A program made the translations under genes and the position numbers. From NCBI GenBank assembly GCA_028534125.1, contig CM052816.1, positions 2,108,001-2,172,000 on the forward strand: a DNA stretch of 64,000 bases. Direction: 5' to 3'. Positions 50,151-61,889 of this stretch are shown one piece after another. Positions within the stretch are counted from its first letter, which is position 1. Each line of letters starts with the position of its first letter. Source of the stretch: Lama glama (Eukaryota). The notes beneath the pieces are model-generated. The model had not been told where the DNA came from and did not search any database. It saw only the letters and a list, made by a program, of their open reading frames with translations.

Positions 50151-50809
50151 AACAGCTTTCTAACCCCTTTGCCGGGGAAACACAGAGGCCTGGATAAAGG
50201 GGGAGGGGCAGCTGACTGGGGCTTGGAGGGTTTTTACAAAGGCAAGATTGGAATTTTTCATTTAAGGCAGGTTTCCTTTTTCTTTGCTTTTTCTTCTTAT
50301 TTTTCCCTTTTTTCTTTAAGCCTTGTGTAAAAGATATTTCCACAAAAGAAGAGCGGGGAAAAAAAAAACCCAGATTGGTTGTAAAGACTCCTTCATTCGA
50401 GGGTCTCCTTGAAGGCATTTAAGGCTGGGAGTGATGTTGGTATTTCTCTGCATCAGAGGTGATGGCCGTTTGCCAGTCACTTCCCTTGAAAGATATTGTT
50501 TGGCTTTAAGGTAACTATGAAATGTTTGGCAGAGGAAGCAGCCGTGGCAGAATCTGGACAAAGAGAAATAAAGGTTCTCAGATTAAGCCTTCGAAACCCC
50601 TGGTGCCCAAATCCAATCAAAATAAGAGGCACATGGCGTCAAAGAGGGAATCAAGCTGCCCTGAAGCACCCTGGGCACCCTGGGTCAGGGGGCGTCACAA
50701 TGGCAGCTGCAGAATCAGGACCACTTTTCCCTGACCTCCTTTCACCAAATGCTCCGGAGGTAAGCTCCAGGAATTCTAAAATATTCCCTTGACACTTACT
50801 CTTTTCTCC

Positions 50810-50920
50810 ATTTATCAACAGTTGTTCGTCCACCATGTCCTATAGGTCAGGCACTGAGCCAGGCCATGGGGACCCCAACCTGCTGCAAGACAGACTTGGC
50901 TCATGCCCTCTTGGGACTTC
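50810..50920 (-). mobile_element. L2 3' terminal fragment
   Basis: catttatcaacagttg...tataggtcaggcactgagccaggccatgggga...aagacagacttggctcatgccctc. Confidence 0.55.
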
Positions 50921-51089
50921 CTCTTTAGGTCTGCCCCCCATCGATTTGCTTTTCTTATGTGTCTTGATCTTTGCATTGTGAATTTCTGGCCCTCGATGGG
51001 AAGGCTCAACTTTGCGTACTTTCTTGCATCCACTACCATGCTTAGCTTTGCAGTACCTTACAGACGGATTTGGTGAATGCTTTTCCTAT

Positions 51090-51270
51090 TGTTTGACCAG
51101 CTGTCCGTGTAACGTTTAAGCTTTGGAAGCCTTGGTTTGCTCATCTGTAAAACAGGATAACAGTACCTGTCCTGGAGGGGGCTCGTGAAGAGTCAATGAC
51201 ATAAAGCAGTAAGGCACTCAGCGGAGAGCATGGCGGGGACGCTCAGGCCGCGTTTGGGAGCTACTGGTGT
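51090..51270 (+). mobile_element. MIR
   Basis: gccttggtttgctcatctgtaaaacaggataacagtacctgtcctggaggggg...gtgaagagtcaatgacataa. Confidence 0.75.
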
Positions 51271-51533
51271 TTCTGTTAGTGTAGCTGATGGGGAGGTACT
51301 GGAAAGGATGTCAGTGACAGTGTCTGCTTAACACCCAGGGCCTCTGACTCTTCTGGTCAGTTCCATTGGAATCTTTCTATAAGATTTTGTACTCCTTTCT
51401 TGTTTTGGTAAGCCTTGCTAGTTTCTGAGAACCAATGATTATTCAGATGCTTGAAAATAACTTGGAAGACACTATGGTCATGATTTGAAATAAGTTCTCA
51501 GTGGTTGTTGTGGATGGAATGACTAGAAGGGAA

Positions 51534-51538
<5 letters not shown>

Positions 51539-51590
<52 letters not shown>
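51539..51590. repeat. Perfect (TG)26 microsatellite
   Basis: Read directly. Confidence 0.98.
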
Positions 51591-51593
<3 letters not shown>

Positions 51594-51859
51594 TTTAAGG
51601 TAAGTTCCTCTGTTAAGCTTCCAGTTAAAATTCCAGTTTTGGACTCCAGGAGTCAAGTGCCTCTTAAATTTCTTTGTCATTTCTTCTCTTCCTTTTGATG
51701 GCATCGTCCTTCCAATGAGGTCAGTGCTCTCATTCTCCTCCTGGTGAAGGTGTCCAGAGACCATGAGGCTGCATCTCGGTAAAAGGAAATGGCAGCATCA
51801 GATTTGACCTGCGGAGGCCTTGGACGCGCCACCGACATGTCCCTGGAAAGCTGCAGTTT

Positions 51860-51970
51860 TGGTGGAAGAGTAGTATTGTGGATCGGAGCGTGTGTGCCGG
51901 AGTTCCACTCGGGTTCACATCTTGGCTTGACCGTTTATTATCTTTGTGACTTCAGGTGTGATTCTAAATC
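51860..51970 (+). mobile_element. MIR 5' fragment
   Basis: gagtagtattgtggatcggagcgtg...gggttcacatcttggcttgaccgtttattatctttgtgacttcagg. Confidence 0.55.
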
Positions 51971-52539
51971 TTAAACACACATCACATACCCACGCATATT
52001 TGTTTTTATTAACTTAATGCAGCGTTTGGCACATTCAAGCAAGAGCTTGTAAGACATCAGTATTTGTTGTATGAACAAATGAATGACCACCGTACAGGCA
52101 TTCTTCCTTCACTAGTGGCATTGCCAAATGTGTTTTTGTGGTTCCTCTTCCTCTTGGTTGCTTGCTGAACCTGCAGCTCCTTCTTAGGACGATTCTCAGT
52201 GGCAGCACCCTCCCACCCTTTGAGGATTGATCTGAGCTTTGGAAGCAGCCAGCAGTCTTTTTGGTGCCAAGGCTGGTGGATAACTTCAGCCTGTTGAGGA
52301 CCATTTTGGATGAGAAGGGCTGTGTGCCTGTGAGGGAACTCCACTGAGGGGAACTCGGAACTCTGCCGATGCGCACCAGCACAGTGTCCCAAGGAAACTG
52401 ATCGGGATGGGCTTGGATTTGTCTTGATACGAGGTTCAAGGGTGTTGAACATGCAGCCCCTCTTTAAGCCTCACTCTGGCTTCTGTGCTTTGGAAAGAGG
52501 GGGAATGAGATCTGACTCTTGGTAAAATGAAAAGCTGAG

Positions 52540-52740
52540 GGCTGAGAACCCAGGCTGTTGAGCTAGACCTGGCTTTGAATCCTTACCTCTGCCCCATACT
52601 AACTATAAGACCTAAAGCTTTCTGACTTAAATTATCTACTCTGAAGTTACTCTTTTGTAAATTATTCCCCCTGAGGATTGCAGGTAAAAAAAAAAAAAAT
52701 GTGCTTGGTGCATAACACTCGTATCAAGATTCAGGATAAT
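52540..52740 (+). mobile_element. MIR
   Basis: agacctggctttgaatccttacctctgccccatactaactataagacct. Confidence 0.6.
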
Positions 52741-53134
52741 TTCTCCTTTTACATTATTTTAGTTTCCTTTTCATATATTTATGGGGCTGTCACATTGCTT
52801 GGCTCCTCACTCCTAGAAAATAAATTCACACGAAGTGTTACTGCCTTGGTCTCTTGCTGTTTTTATCCTTCCCACGAGTATGTGGACTCGAAAGATGGTG
52901 TCTAGGAAGGGCAGGGCTGCCCCATCTGGAGGAATGTGTTTCTAATTTTAGCACCTCAGGCAGAGTGGAGCTGGCATTTGAGGTCAGAGAGGCCACGGGA
53001 CCACACCACCTACCACACTGCTACCAGATTCCACTAGGTTGACAGAGAGATGAAGCTTCCTGGAATCTGCTCCCCACTGCTCACCCCCTACTAAGGTTGG
53101 TAGCCAGCACCAAAGGCGCTCCTGTTGCATGCAG

Positions 53135-53400
53135 AGGCGTTATTAAATAGGGGCGTTCTAAGAACAATTAATTGCAAATGGATGGCACATTTGTTCTCAT
53201 GGCGTGACTTTCAAAAGCAAATTAATTATAAACGGGTTGCGATTTAATTCGGTTGGTCTGGATTATATGTTTGCAAGGCCTATGAGTACATTTGGCACCG
53301 TTGCTGGCCCATTTGGATTTTAATGTCTTTGACAAGCCACAGCTTCCTGGGCCTGGGTGAATTGCCTGCTGCCATATTGTCATTTAACTGGATTGTGCCA
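53135..53400. promoter_or_regulatory. Candidate enhancer-like block (homeodomain-rich)
   Basis: TTATTAAAT, ACAATTAATTGCAAAT, AAATTAATTATAAA, GATTTAATT, GGATTA, TTTGACA and TTGTCA within unique sequence. Confidence 0.4.
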
Positions 53401-53750
53401 GAGTGACGCTTTTGTTTCTGGAAGGGTCTGCAGCTATCAGCCGTGTATCGATCCGAACTTTTACTGAGAAGCTGGAAACTGCAAGCTGTGTGCAGGACAC
53501 CCTGAGAAAAATGATGGTCGATCACGTAGAAAAGTTTCACTGTTTTGCATCAGTACAATAATACACAGGCACGGAAGACTTTCAGTTCCCCAAACCCGAG
53601 AGGTGGTTTAACAATGCTGTGTGAAGTTTGACATCCTGCTGTACATATAAATGTAAAAGGCAGGTTGGGAAAAATACAGTAAAATCCCCTCTTTTGTGCA
53701 GAACACTGCATATTTTTTCCCTAATTATGGAAGGTGCCTTTTTTTTTTTT

Positions 53751-53850
53751 NNNNNNNNNNNNNNNNNNNNNNNNNNNNNNNNNNNNNNNNNNNNNNNNNN
53801 NNNNNNNNNNNNNNNNNNNNNNNNNNNNNNNNNNNNNNNNNNNNNNNNNN
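53751..53850. other. Assembly gap (100 N)
   Basis: Run of 100 n preceded by a T-run. Confidence 1.
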
Positions 53851-54634
53851 TAACATTTCTCCCCAAATCTTCCCCTCCCTCTTCTTCAAAAAGGATGTGT
53901 ATAATAATTGGTAGTTGTCTTGCGTTCAGGAGACAGGTGCTTTCAGCTAGCCGTGGTGAGATTTGAACTTGTGACTCAAGGCCCTGACTTCTGCGCAGGA
54001 GGTCGAAGCTCTTCAGGCCAGACAGGTGAACTCACTCTGTCTCTGGGTTTCTGCTGCCTCCTTTTGAGCACTATGATCTCTGGCATTTATTTATCTGTGA
54101 GGCTTGCAAAATCCCGGTCTGTCATAATGGTAAACAAAACATGTTGGAGTTAATATGAAGAAGAAAGGGGGCAATTACAACCGCTTAAAACAGTCTTAAA
54201 ATATACTTAAGCAGAGGTTTGCCACGTAAACACACAATTAAAGCAGGAATTTGTGATGGATGCGAGGATATGACGGGCCTAGACACACTGTTTACTGGTG
54301 TAGTTAGCAGATGGAGAAGTCAACGGAATCCAGCTGCACAGCTTAAAAGTGTAAACTCACGTCTTACCAGTGATGTATGTCTGCAAGTAGCAACGTATTA
54401 CTTTCTCTTTAACTATTTGCTGGGGGTGACTTGGTAATATCCACTTGCTTAAAAAAAACACAAAACAAAAAAAAGGATTTTTCACAGGTTTCCTCTTCCA
54501 AAAGTGGTAACCGAATACCTAGAAAAAGGGTACTTTAGTGCAAGAGTTCTTCTAAAGGACAGGTTTAAATAGGTTTACTTTTTTCTTTGAGATTCTGTTA
54601 TCAAGGCCTTATATCCCTCGTCACAGTTTTCAGG

Positions 54635-54970
54635 TATTTGCAGCTAATTAATTCTTAGGAAATCCAATCTGAATTGAATTAATTTTCCCTTTTAGGGCGC
54701 ACGAAGCAACTTTTTTGGGTAAGAAAAAAAATGAACACAGCTTTCGTTGCACGTAATTCTTGCAACTAATGCGAAGCAGCATTGCCACTCCCTTCAAATA
54801 ACGCAGTAACAGAACTTGGCGTGAAAGTGTTGCATTGTATTGTTGTATTTGCTGTTTAAATAATTTAGCTGCAAAAATCTGAAGGCTGCTTTAGCTGTAA
54901 TTAATTATTCATTAATGACATGCTAATTGCACAGTGTCTTTGAATATTTAACAAAATGCAAAAGCTGGGC
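54635..54970. promoter_or_regulatory. Strongest candidate conserved non-coding element (TAAT-palindrome/POU rich)
   Basis: CTAATTAATT, GAATTAATT, CATTGTATT, AATAATTTA, GTAATTAATTATTCATTAATGAC and ATGCTAAT (54920-54927); CpGs are retained in an AT-rich context. Confidence 0.5.
54696..54718 (+). other. Candidate 23-nt microexon (unverified)
   Basis: aattttcccttttag|GGCGCACGAAGCAACTTTTTTGG|gtaaga has consensus-like acceptor and donor sites. Confidence 0.2.
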
Positions 54971-57900
54971 TCTGAAGTTATGTTTTTAGAGCAAGGAGGG
55001 AAAAATCCTTTAGTCCATCACTGCATCAGGAGGACAAAAAAAACAGTCCTTTTTCAGATGTGAGGTAAAGTTGTAGTAGTGGCCTACTTTCCATTCTCCG
55101 TCTCAGTCCCCTTTGTGCGGGGGAATATAATGTCCTCATCCAGACTTTACAATTGACAGGGTGGTAAATCCCTTGACTTTTGTCCAAATGATTTCTCTAC
55201 AAAAATGGGTTAATTATCGCCTTTCCCTAGCTTTTTGACTAACAAAAGGCCCTGGATCTCTTTTTTCCTTTCTTTCCTATTTACTGTAAGGAGCCCTTTG
55301 AAATGTGATAGTTTAATCGGCAACACCTTGTACAGGGGGGATCACTGAGAAGCCGGCCTGGCTCTTGCCTGGAGCTCGGGTTGCTGTGAGAACATTACCA
55401 TGGTTAGGAGATTTGACCTTTATTATGCCAAAGCCATCCTGGACTTTCAGGATGAAAAACTCCTGAGTGCTTGGTAGTCAACTCCGTTTGTTTCTGCTAA
55501 TAAAAGCTGGCGGGGTTTTTAACAGTGTCTTTTAGTGGGAGGGATGACTAAAGGGCAGCCGTGTTGAACTGGCTGAGTTGTGTTTCATTAATTTCCCCCC
55601 ACAAGGCTGGGAGTTCGCATCTTTCTGCACCCTGTCTCCGTTTCCTGGCTTCAAAGCTCCTCATTGTCTCTGACCTGTAAGTCAAGCATAGTCTTGGTAG
55701 CGGATAAGCAGGGAACAGGGGCTGGCTTTTTTCTTTTTATTTGTCACGATCACCATCTTGGTCCCAATCAGAGACTCCCCGGCCCCTAATTTAGCACAAG
55801 GCGGTGAGCTGTGTGGCAGCTTGTCCTTGTGGTTGAGAATACATTTCATGCACTGGGGCCTACTTACTCAGTGATATTTTGCATTTGACTCCCATTACTA
55901 TTAATGGCATTTATGAACGCACACTGGCGGGAACAAGACCCCGCTGAATCTGCGCATTATCAGAGAAGTGGGGAATCCGCACACTCCCGTGACTGCTCCT
56001 AGATGGGTTTTACTCTGCCGTGGAAATCCTTAGCAACTAAATGAGAAATCACCGTTACAAATATGCACCTGCTAGGAAGAAAGAGGAATGGAGAAGAGGA
56101 GGAGGAGCAGTCACTTGACTGGACGTCAAGGTCCCTCTTTTGCTTTGCATTCTTTTCTGGGAAGCGTTACATCTGCTAGGAGTCATTGTTCAATGTGGCG
56201 ATATATGATAGAGTCCCTGTTGAGTAAATGCATGGCATCGCAGGCCCACCTATTCAAAGATATGTCGGGGTCAACAGTGTGTATAGTCGGCCTGGGAAGT
56301 CACAGCCTGCTAAGGGAGAAGTGAAATAACGCAAAGGGTGTGTGATTCAGCGCCACGTGAATCAAAGAGTCCAGGGATTTGCAAAATGGTAAACTATGCA
56401 CTGAGTCCAGCCCCCAGTCAGGTGTGTTTTGTTTGACTTGTATTTTTCTCTTTTTAAATCTGAACTAATAATTTAAAATTGAGAGATTTCTATAAAAATC
56501 CAAATTTCCATCTTCTGTTGAAAAGTCAGAAGGACTACCAACATGGGGCTTCTGTTCTCACATGGTGACAGTTGGCTGGAGTTTGGTACCCTGTCCTTGC
56601 TCTTCCCAGCTGGACACCAGACCTGCCTGGTTTCTACCTGGGGAAATGGGGGTTTGAGGTGGGAGTGATGGTGGGTTAGACTGGTCAGGGATGGATGACT
56701 TTCAGACAAACTCTGTCAAATTAACTCTTCACACTCCCACAGTATTCACCCATGGTGAGACCTCACATGGTTCACATCACTCATTTGTAGCTTTTTCCTT
56801 TCTCGAATTCAAAGATGTCACACCTGAAGGCTGTCTGCCAGGTCACTGGGTGTGAAACACTTCTGATTCTTTCTGTGTGGTCCTCAGATCACTGCCTATT
56901 TTACCAACATCTGAATTTTTAAAGATACCTTGTATTTCTTTTTAGATCTCGAAGTAACTTTCATTAAGCACTTCCTTTTTGCAAGACACCGGGCTGGGCA
57001 CTTTTCACATGAGTTGGCTCCTTTTTGGTTCCGTTAGGACGGGACGACAGCAGACGTTGATGGAAAATATTGGACTGCTGTAGTGGAACATTTGCCTGGA
57101 CTGAAGTTTTGTTGGGAGATGGCAGTGTGACCACGTTACGATTCCGTCCTGCCTACTGACTCCAGACCTCTCGTCTGCCCTGAGTGCGTTCACTAAGGAT
57201 TAATGAGTGAGGTTGTTACATAAAACCTTGCCCCTTCCTAAGTCCTGAAGTGAATACCATCCAAGGGGAGTAGGCAGCAGTGCCAAGAGAAGCCAATTTC
57301 ACGAGTGTTAATTAGAGAATTTGGGGCCAGGAAATAGAAAAGCATTGGTAATCCATTTCTCCTTAGCCCACTGCCTCTGTGGAAGCTCGCCTGAAACCTT
57401 TCATTTTACTTAGCAGTCCTGGGGAAAGGTCTGTGAACAGGCACCACCACACACATCTGGGAATGGCTTAAAAGCGAGACCACATTAATCTGTCAAGTGA
57501 AAAATACTGCTGTGGGGAGCATGGCTTATAAACCATGTGAACACATGAACCCTTCTTCGTCAAGGTTTGAGTAGAGCTAGGGCAGGGTGGTTACCAGAAG
57601 AGAATTGGTTCTTAGTGTGAATTAGGGGATGAGCAGTCAACATGTGATGACCAGAGAATGGGGATTCTTGGTTGCATATGGGTAGGGTGCCTTTGAGTTT
57701 GAGCATATTAATGGTTGGGAAGACTCGTTCAGTGAACATTTACTGAACATATACTGTGGGGAAAGCATCTACAAACACTTGAACCCAAGTCCCAGACTGG
57801 CCAGCCGTGTCCAGAGTCAGTGTGGGTCACTTTTTTTTTTTTTTGTCTTCTGCAAAATTATCTAGTTGAGGTGGCCTCTTTTGGGAACAGCCTGAACATA

Positions 57901-58224
57901 ATTTCTCTCTTGTGATCTATGTTCTTACTGATGAAAATGTTTTAAAAGGGCAAGAAGAATGATAAATGGGTCCACCATCATGGTATAGGAACACTGGTAA
58001 TACAAAAATTAAATCTGCTCAAGTGCTTTTGTGGATTAATGAGACAAGTGATTATAGATTAGGATAATATTCATCCACATATTGAGGAATCGGATAGGAT
58101 TATAAGGAGAGCAGGACATGGTAGAAGAGGGGAGATATAAGTTACTATTCTATACGCACAGATGAAATCGCAAATGTAGTATGAAAAAGGAGAGGCCTTG
58201 AAATCTGTTGGGACTTCCAGAAAA

Positions 58225-58380
58225 TATTCCATGACCTACTCCTGTTGCAAATGTGCCTTTTACCATCACAGGCTGATAAAATGCCACGATCCAGCTCCAG
58301 AGTACAATTAAGGGCTTGTGCGCTACAGCGGGCAGCCATTCCATACGTGAGAGTTTTCATTGCATAATTAAAATAAACTG
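58225..58380. promoter_or_regulatory. Candidate enhancer-like block
   Basis: TTGCAAAT, TGATAA, CAATTAA and GCATAATTAAAATAAAC within unique sequence. Confidence 0.3.
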
Positions 58381-60199
58381 AGGGGCAGGAGGCAGGAAGT
58401 GAAGTGAGGGAGGAGGGCCCAGCTGAAGCATATTCAGACATGACATTTTCTGATGTCGATAACCATCAAGAGCTTGGCTTCTCCGTCCAGGAAGACAGGA
58501 ATGTCACATGTCAGTCAAAGGCAGAGCGGCAGAGCAGGGCTTGAGACTGAAGGAAGTCACGTAGGGTCCATGTGGCTCTGGCGGAGCTCCGACTGGCCCC
58601 CTCTCGGGCCCTAATTGTGCTTGGTGCCGAGGGTGTCCACATCCAGACGTCTGATGAGCACTGATGAATACGGAGAGATCGCAGGTAGTGAAAAATGTGC
58701 TCTTGCCTTTCAAGCTGGGATTCTAGGCCATGCTTAGTCCCAGTGGGACAGATAAAAATAACATACCCAAGAAGCAATCTCAGAAAGACTGATGTTTTTA
58801 AGAGCCATTTTAAGCAGTTTTGGCCCTTATTCAGTATACTTGTGTAATGCCCCTGCTCCAGTGGCACACTTTTTTTTTGAAGCATTCCAATGTATGTTCT
58901 TCCATGGGGAGCTTTGTTGCCGTATCTTGCAGTAAATCAGCGCCCTATCCTTTGGCCAAGCAGAAGCTACCGTTGGTCTGCCCTCAGGCCTCCCCTGACA
59001 TCACAGAAATAAACAGACATGTGAGAAGAACCCAGGTTCTCCCTGAGCAAAGGAGGGAGTGAGGGCCCCACCCTCGGAGAACGTTGGGGACGTTTGACGC
59101 CACCCTGTGTCCCCCACCCTACCCCCATCACAGGAAAAACTGGACTGTCCGTTCCCCATGGCGGTCTGTCCCTTTGGGCTCCGGAATAGTTCTTAAGAAG
59201 TATACCCACCCTCTAGGAATGAAGGATTTCTTTCTTTTAAGGATCATTACACGTTCTTCAGTATATGCTGTGTTTCTCATATTGTAATTTCAGAGAAAAA
59301 TATGGAGAGGACGTGCTTTACAGGCAAAGGCTGGATTTCGATGGAGTAAGGATGCTTAGCTCTTCAGCGAGGGACTCTTAAAACAGGCTCCACGTTTCCA
59401 CTGATCATCTCCGTGTTGGCTGAATGAGTCTCACCCCAAGTCTGTTTGGGGGGCAGCTTTGCTCTGACACAATTACTCATCCTTTGCAGTGTCTTTTGGC
59501 TGCAACCCTTCCGTTTACCTCCCAAATGCTAGAGTCGTAGGTTGCCGTGACATAGATTAGAAAGGAGCTTAGTAACTGATGAATTTATAATACTTTTGTT
59601 TCTCCTCCTTACACAAATCCACTGCTAGTGGCTGCCTGCAGTACTTTCCTTTGAGGAGCGTAGGAAGGAAAGGGTGCTGTGATAAAGCAGTGACTTCTTC
59701 CTCTATGCAACTCTGTAGCAGGTAGGAGTGGAGGTGACTGTCAGGTATTTTTTTATCATTGGATTTTGCTTAATCTTCTTACTTTCTGTAGACCATGAGA
59801 GAAGTGATTCTAAGCGACTTGTCTGGCCAGGACTTACAGCACTTGTGCCGTGTGCAGTACTGCAGGGCTCCCCCCGCCACCCCCACCAGACCCTCTTCTG
59901 CCCTCCCTTCCTGCTTCCCACTTCAGCCGAGATCTCAGAGGTGGTCCAGAGTTTTCCCGGGCACACAGGCTGCTGCTCAGAAGAGGCATGAGCATGCTCT
60001 TAGTGAAGCCTACTCAGCTGGCCTCTCCTAATTCTAGAAGCCACAGTGATCCTGCAAGTCAGGTAGGAGGTCTGGCGTTTGGATTCGATGAGGGACCTGT
60101 CCTGTGTAGAAGCCTTTCCACAGGGACTTGGGTCTGAAGGGGGTGTCACTTATAACACAGAGCACAGTGGGAGTTAATGACGTATTTCTGCAGGGAACT

Positions 60200-60345
60200 G
60201 TGGCATAGCTGCCTCACCACCCAGATCGTGGGCTCCAAAAGAGCCGTCTTGCTGCCTCTCTTCATTTCGGTGTCCTCAGAGCCTAGTGCCGTGCCTTGTA
60301 CATAGTAGGTGCCCAATAAATACTTTCTAAATGAACTGAATAAAG
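60200..60345 (+). mobile_element. L2 3' terminus
   Basis: tgtcctcagagcctagtgccgtgccttgtacatagtaggtgcccaataaatactttctaaatgaactgaataaa. Confidence 0.8.
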
Positions 60346-60547
60346 GATTGTCAGGAATCTTTCAGATTCTGGACGTCAGCCCTGACGGATCCCGAAAGAC
60401 TGTCTGGTGAGAATGATGACGGGTCTGTGTGTCATTCTGGCCACTCTGCATTAATGTCATAAGACGGGAGATTCAGTTTGTTCAGATGGCTGCCCTGGAT
60501 TCGTCTTTGACTCATGATGAGTCATTCTAGTCAGTCGCCTAGAACCG

Positions 60548-60692
60548 TCTTTTTTCTCCCTTGCCTCCCTCCTTCCTTCCTTCCTTCTTGCTTCCTTCCT
60601 TCCCCTCTCCCTCCCTCCCTCCCTCCTCCTTCCTCCTTCCTCCTTCCCTCTCTCTCTCTCTTTTGTCCTCTTCCCTCCCCTCCCTTCCTTCT
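60548..60692. repeat. (CCTT)/(CCCT)/(CT) polypyrimidine low-complexity tract
   Basis: About 145 bp of almost exclusively C/T. Confidence 0.95.
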
Positions 60693-60694
60693 CG

Positions 60695-60980
60695 TTTAAA
60701 ACTATTCCTTTAAAGGCCTCTTCCTGGCCATTACCATTTCCATCACCCTCATCCAGAGATGTATGGGGTCGGGCTTGGATCATTGCACAGCCTTGCTGGA
60801 CGTCCACTGCACCAGCATTTCTCCCGTATAGAATATTAAACTCCACTAGTCTCTTCCTCCCTTAGAGGCCCCCTTGTCACACCACTCCTCCTTCAGAAAC
60901 CTTCCCTGGTTCCCTGTTTCCTTGTATGTGAAATTAAAGCTCCTGTTTGAAATTCATGACAACTGGCGATCTGCCCCCAC
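60695..60980 (+). mobile_element. L2 fragment
   Basis: tgtcacaccactcctccttcagaaaccttccctggttccctgtttcc...aaagctcct. Confidence 0.5.
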
Positions 60981-61009
60981 TCACCCAGTCCTAGTGCCCA
61001 CTGAAACTC

Positions 61010-61200
61010 AACAGCCACTCTCATTGCTGAGGGCTGCCCGTGGGGCAGACACTGTGCTGAGTGCCTTTTCCCTGTGGGGCTCTAGGCACCACTGTTGTCC
61101 CCGACTTACAAATGAAGTTACAGAGGCTTAAGACTTTGGCTGTAGGTGATTCTGTTTCATTGGTTGCTTTGCCTCAGAAGAGCCAGATTCCTGCCTCCAG
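61010..61200 (-). mobile_element. MIR fragment
   Basis: ctgagggctgcccgtggggcagacactgtgctgagtgcc...tgtccccgacttacaaatgaagttacagaggctta. Confidence 0.6.
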
Positions 61201-61742
61201 AAGGCATTCTCCAGATGAGATTTGCTGCATCTGGACACATCCCTACTGTGACTTGTCCAGTCATGATTGCGTGGATCCAGCCCCTGCAGTCTCCTTCCTC
61301 CCAAAATGTGTGTGTAGAATGAGCATCTCTTTCACTCACGGTAACCTGAGGATTTGGTGCTTGAATGGCTTGCAGACAGCCCCATGCACCATATGTTCAT
61401 CCTTTTCCTTTCCTGTCCACCCCAGTACAGCTGGTTATAAGCAGCAACAGGTGATTGTTTTCAGTTTTGTCTTTTCCCGAGGCCACGAACTTCGCCCTAA
61501 TGATCTTCAAGGTGCTTGACATTTTCAATTAAACTCTGCTCAGTCAGACAGGCATAACCTCTCACAGGGAACTGTCAGGAGCTGTCTCTGCCCGAATGCT
61601 ACACAGATAATGATTATAATGATAATAGGTTTCAACTCCTCCATAGGCCATCCTTTCATCTGCAGTGGTTTATACCAGGGATTGTCCACAGGGAAGCAGC
61701 CTTCACTGGGGATGCACTTTGTATTAAAGTCCATCCCCCATT

Positions 61743-61761
61743 TGACCAGTAGGGGGCAGAA
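61743..61761 (+). promoter_or_regulatory. CTCF core motif
   Basis: TGACCAGTAGGGGGCAGAA; its 14-bp core CCAGTAGGGGGCAG fits the CCRSYAGRKGGCRS consensus at every position. Confidence 0.5.
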
Positions 61762-61889
61762 GACCAGCTGTGGGGAAGAGCCCACTTCATCTCCTATGCT
61801 TATAAAAGGCTGAAACAAGGGTGTCCTGTTAATAAACAGCCTGTCCTCTTTGTCTCCCCAAGACTAGTCCAAGAAATACATCAACCAAA

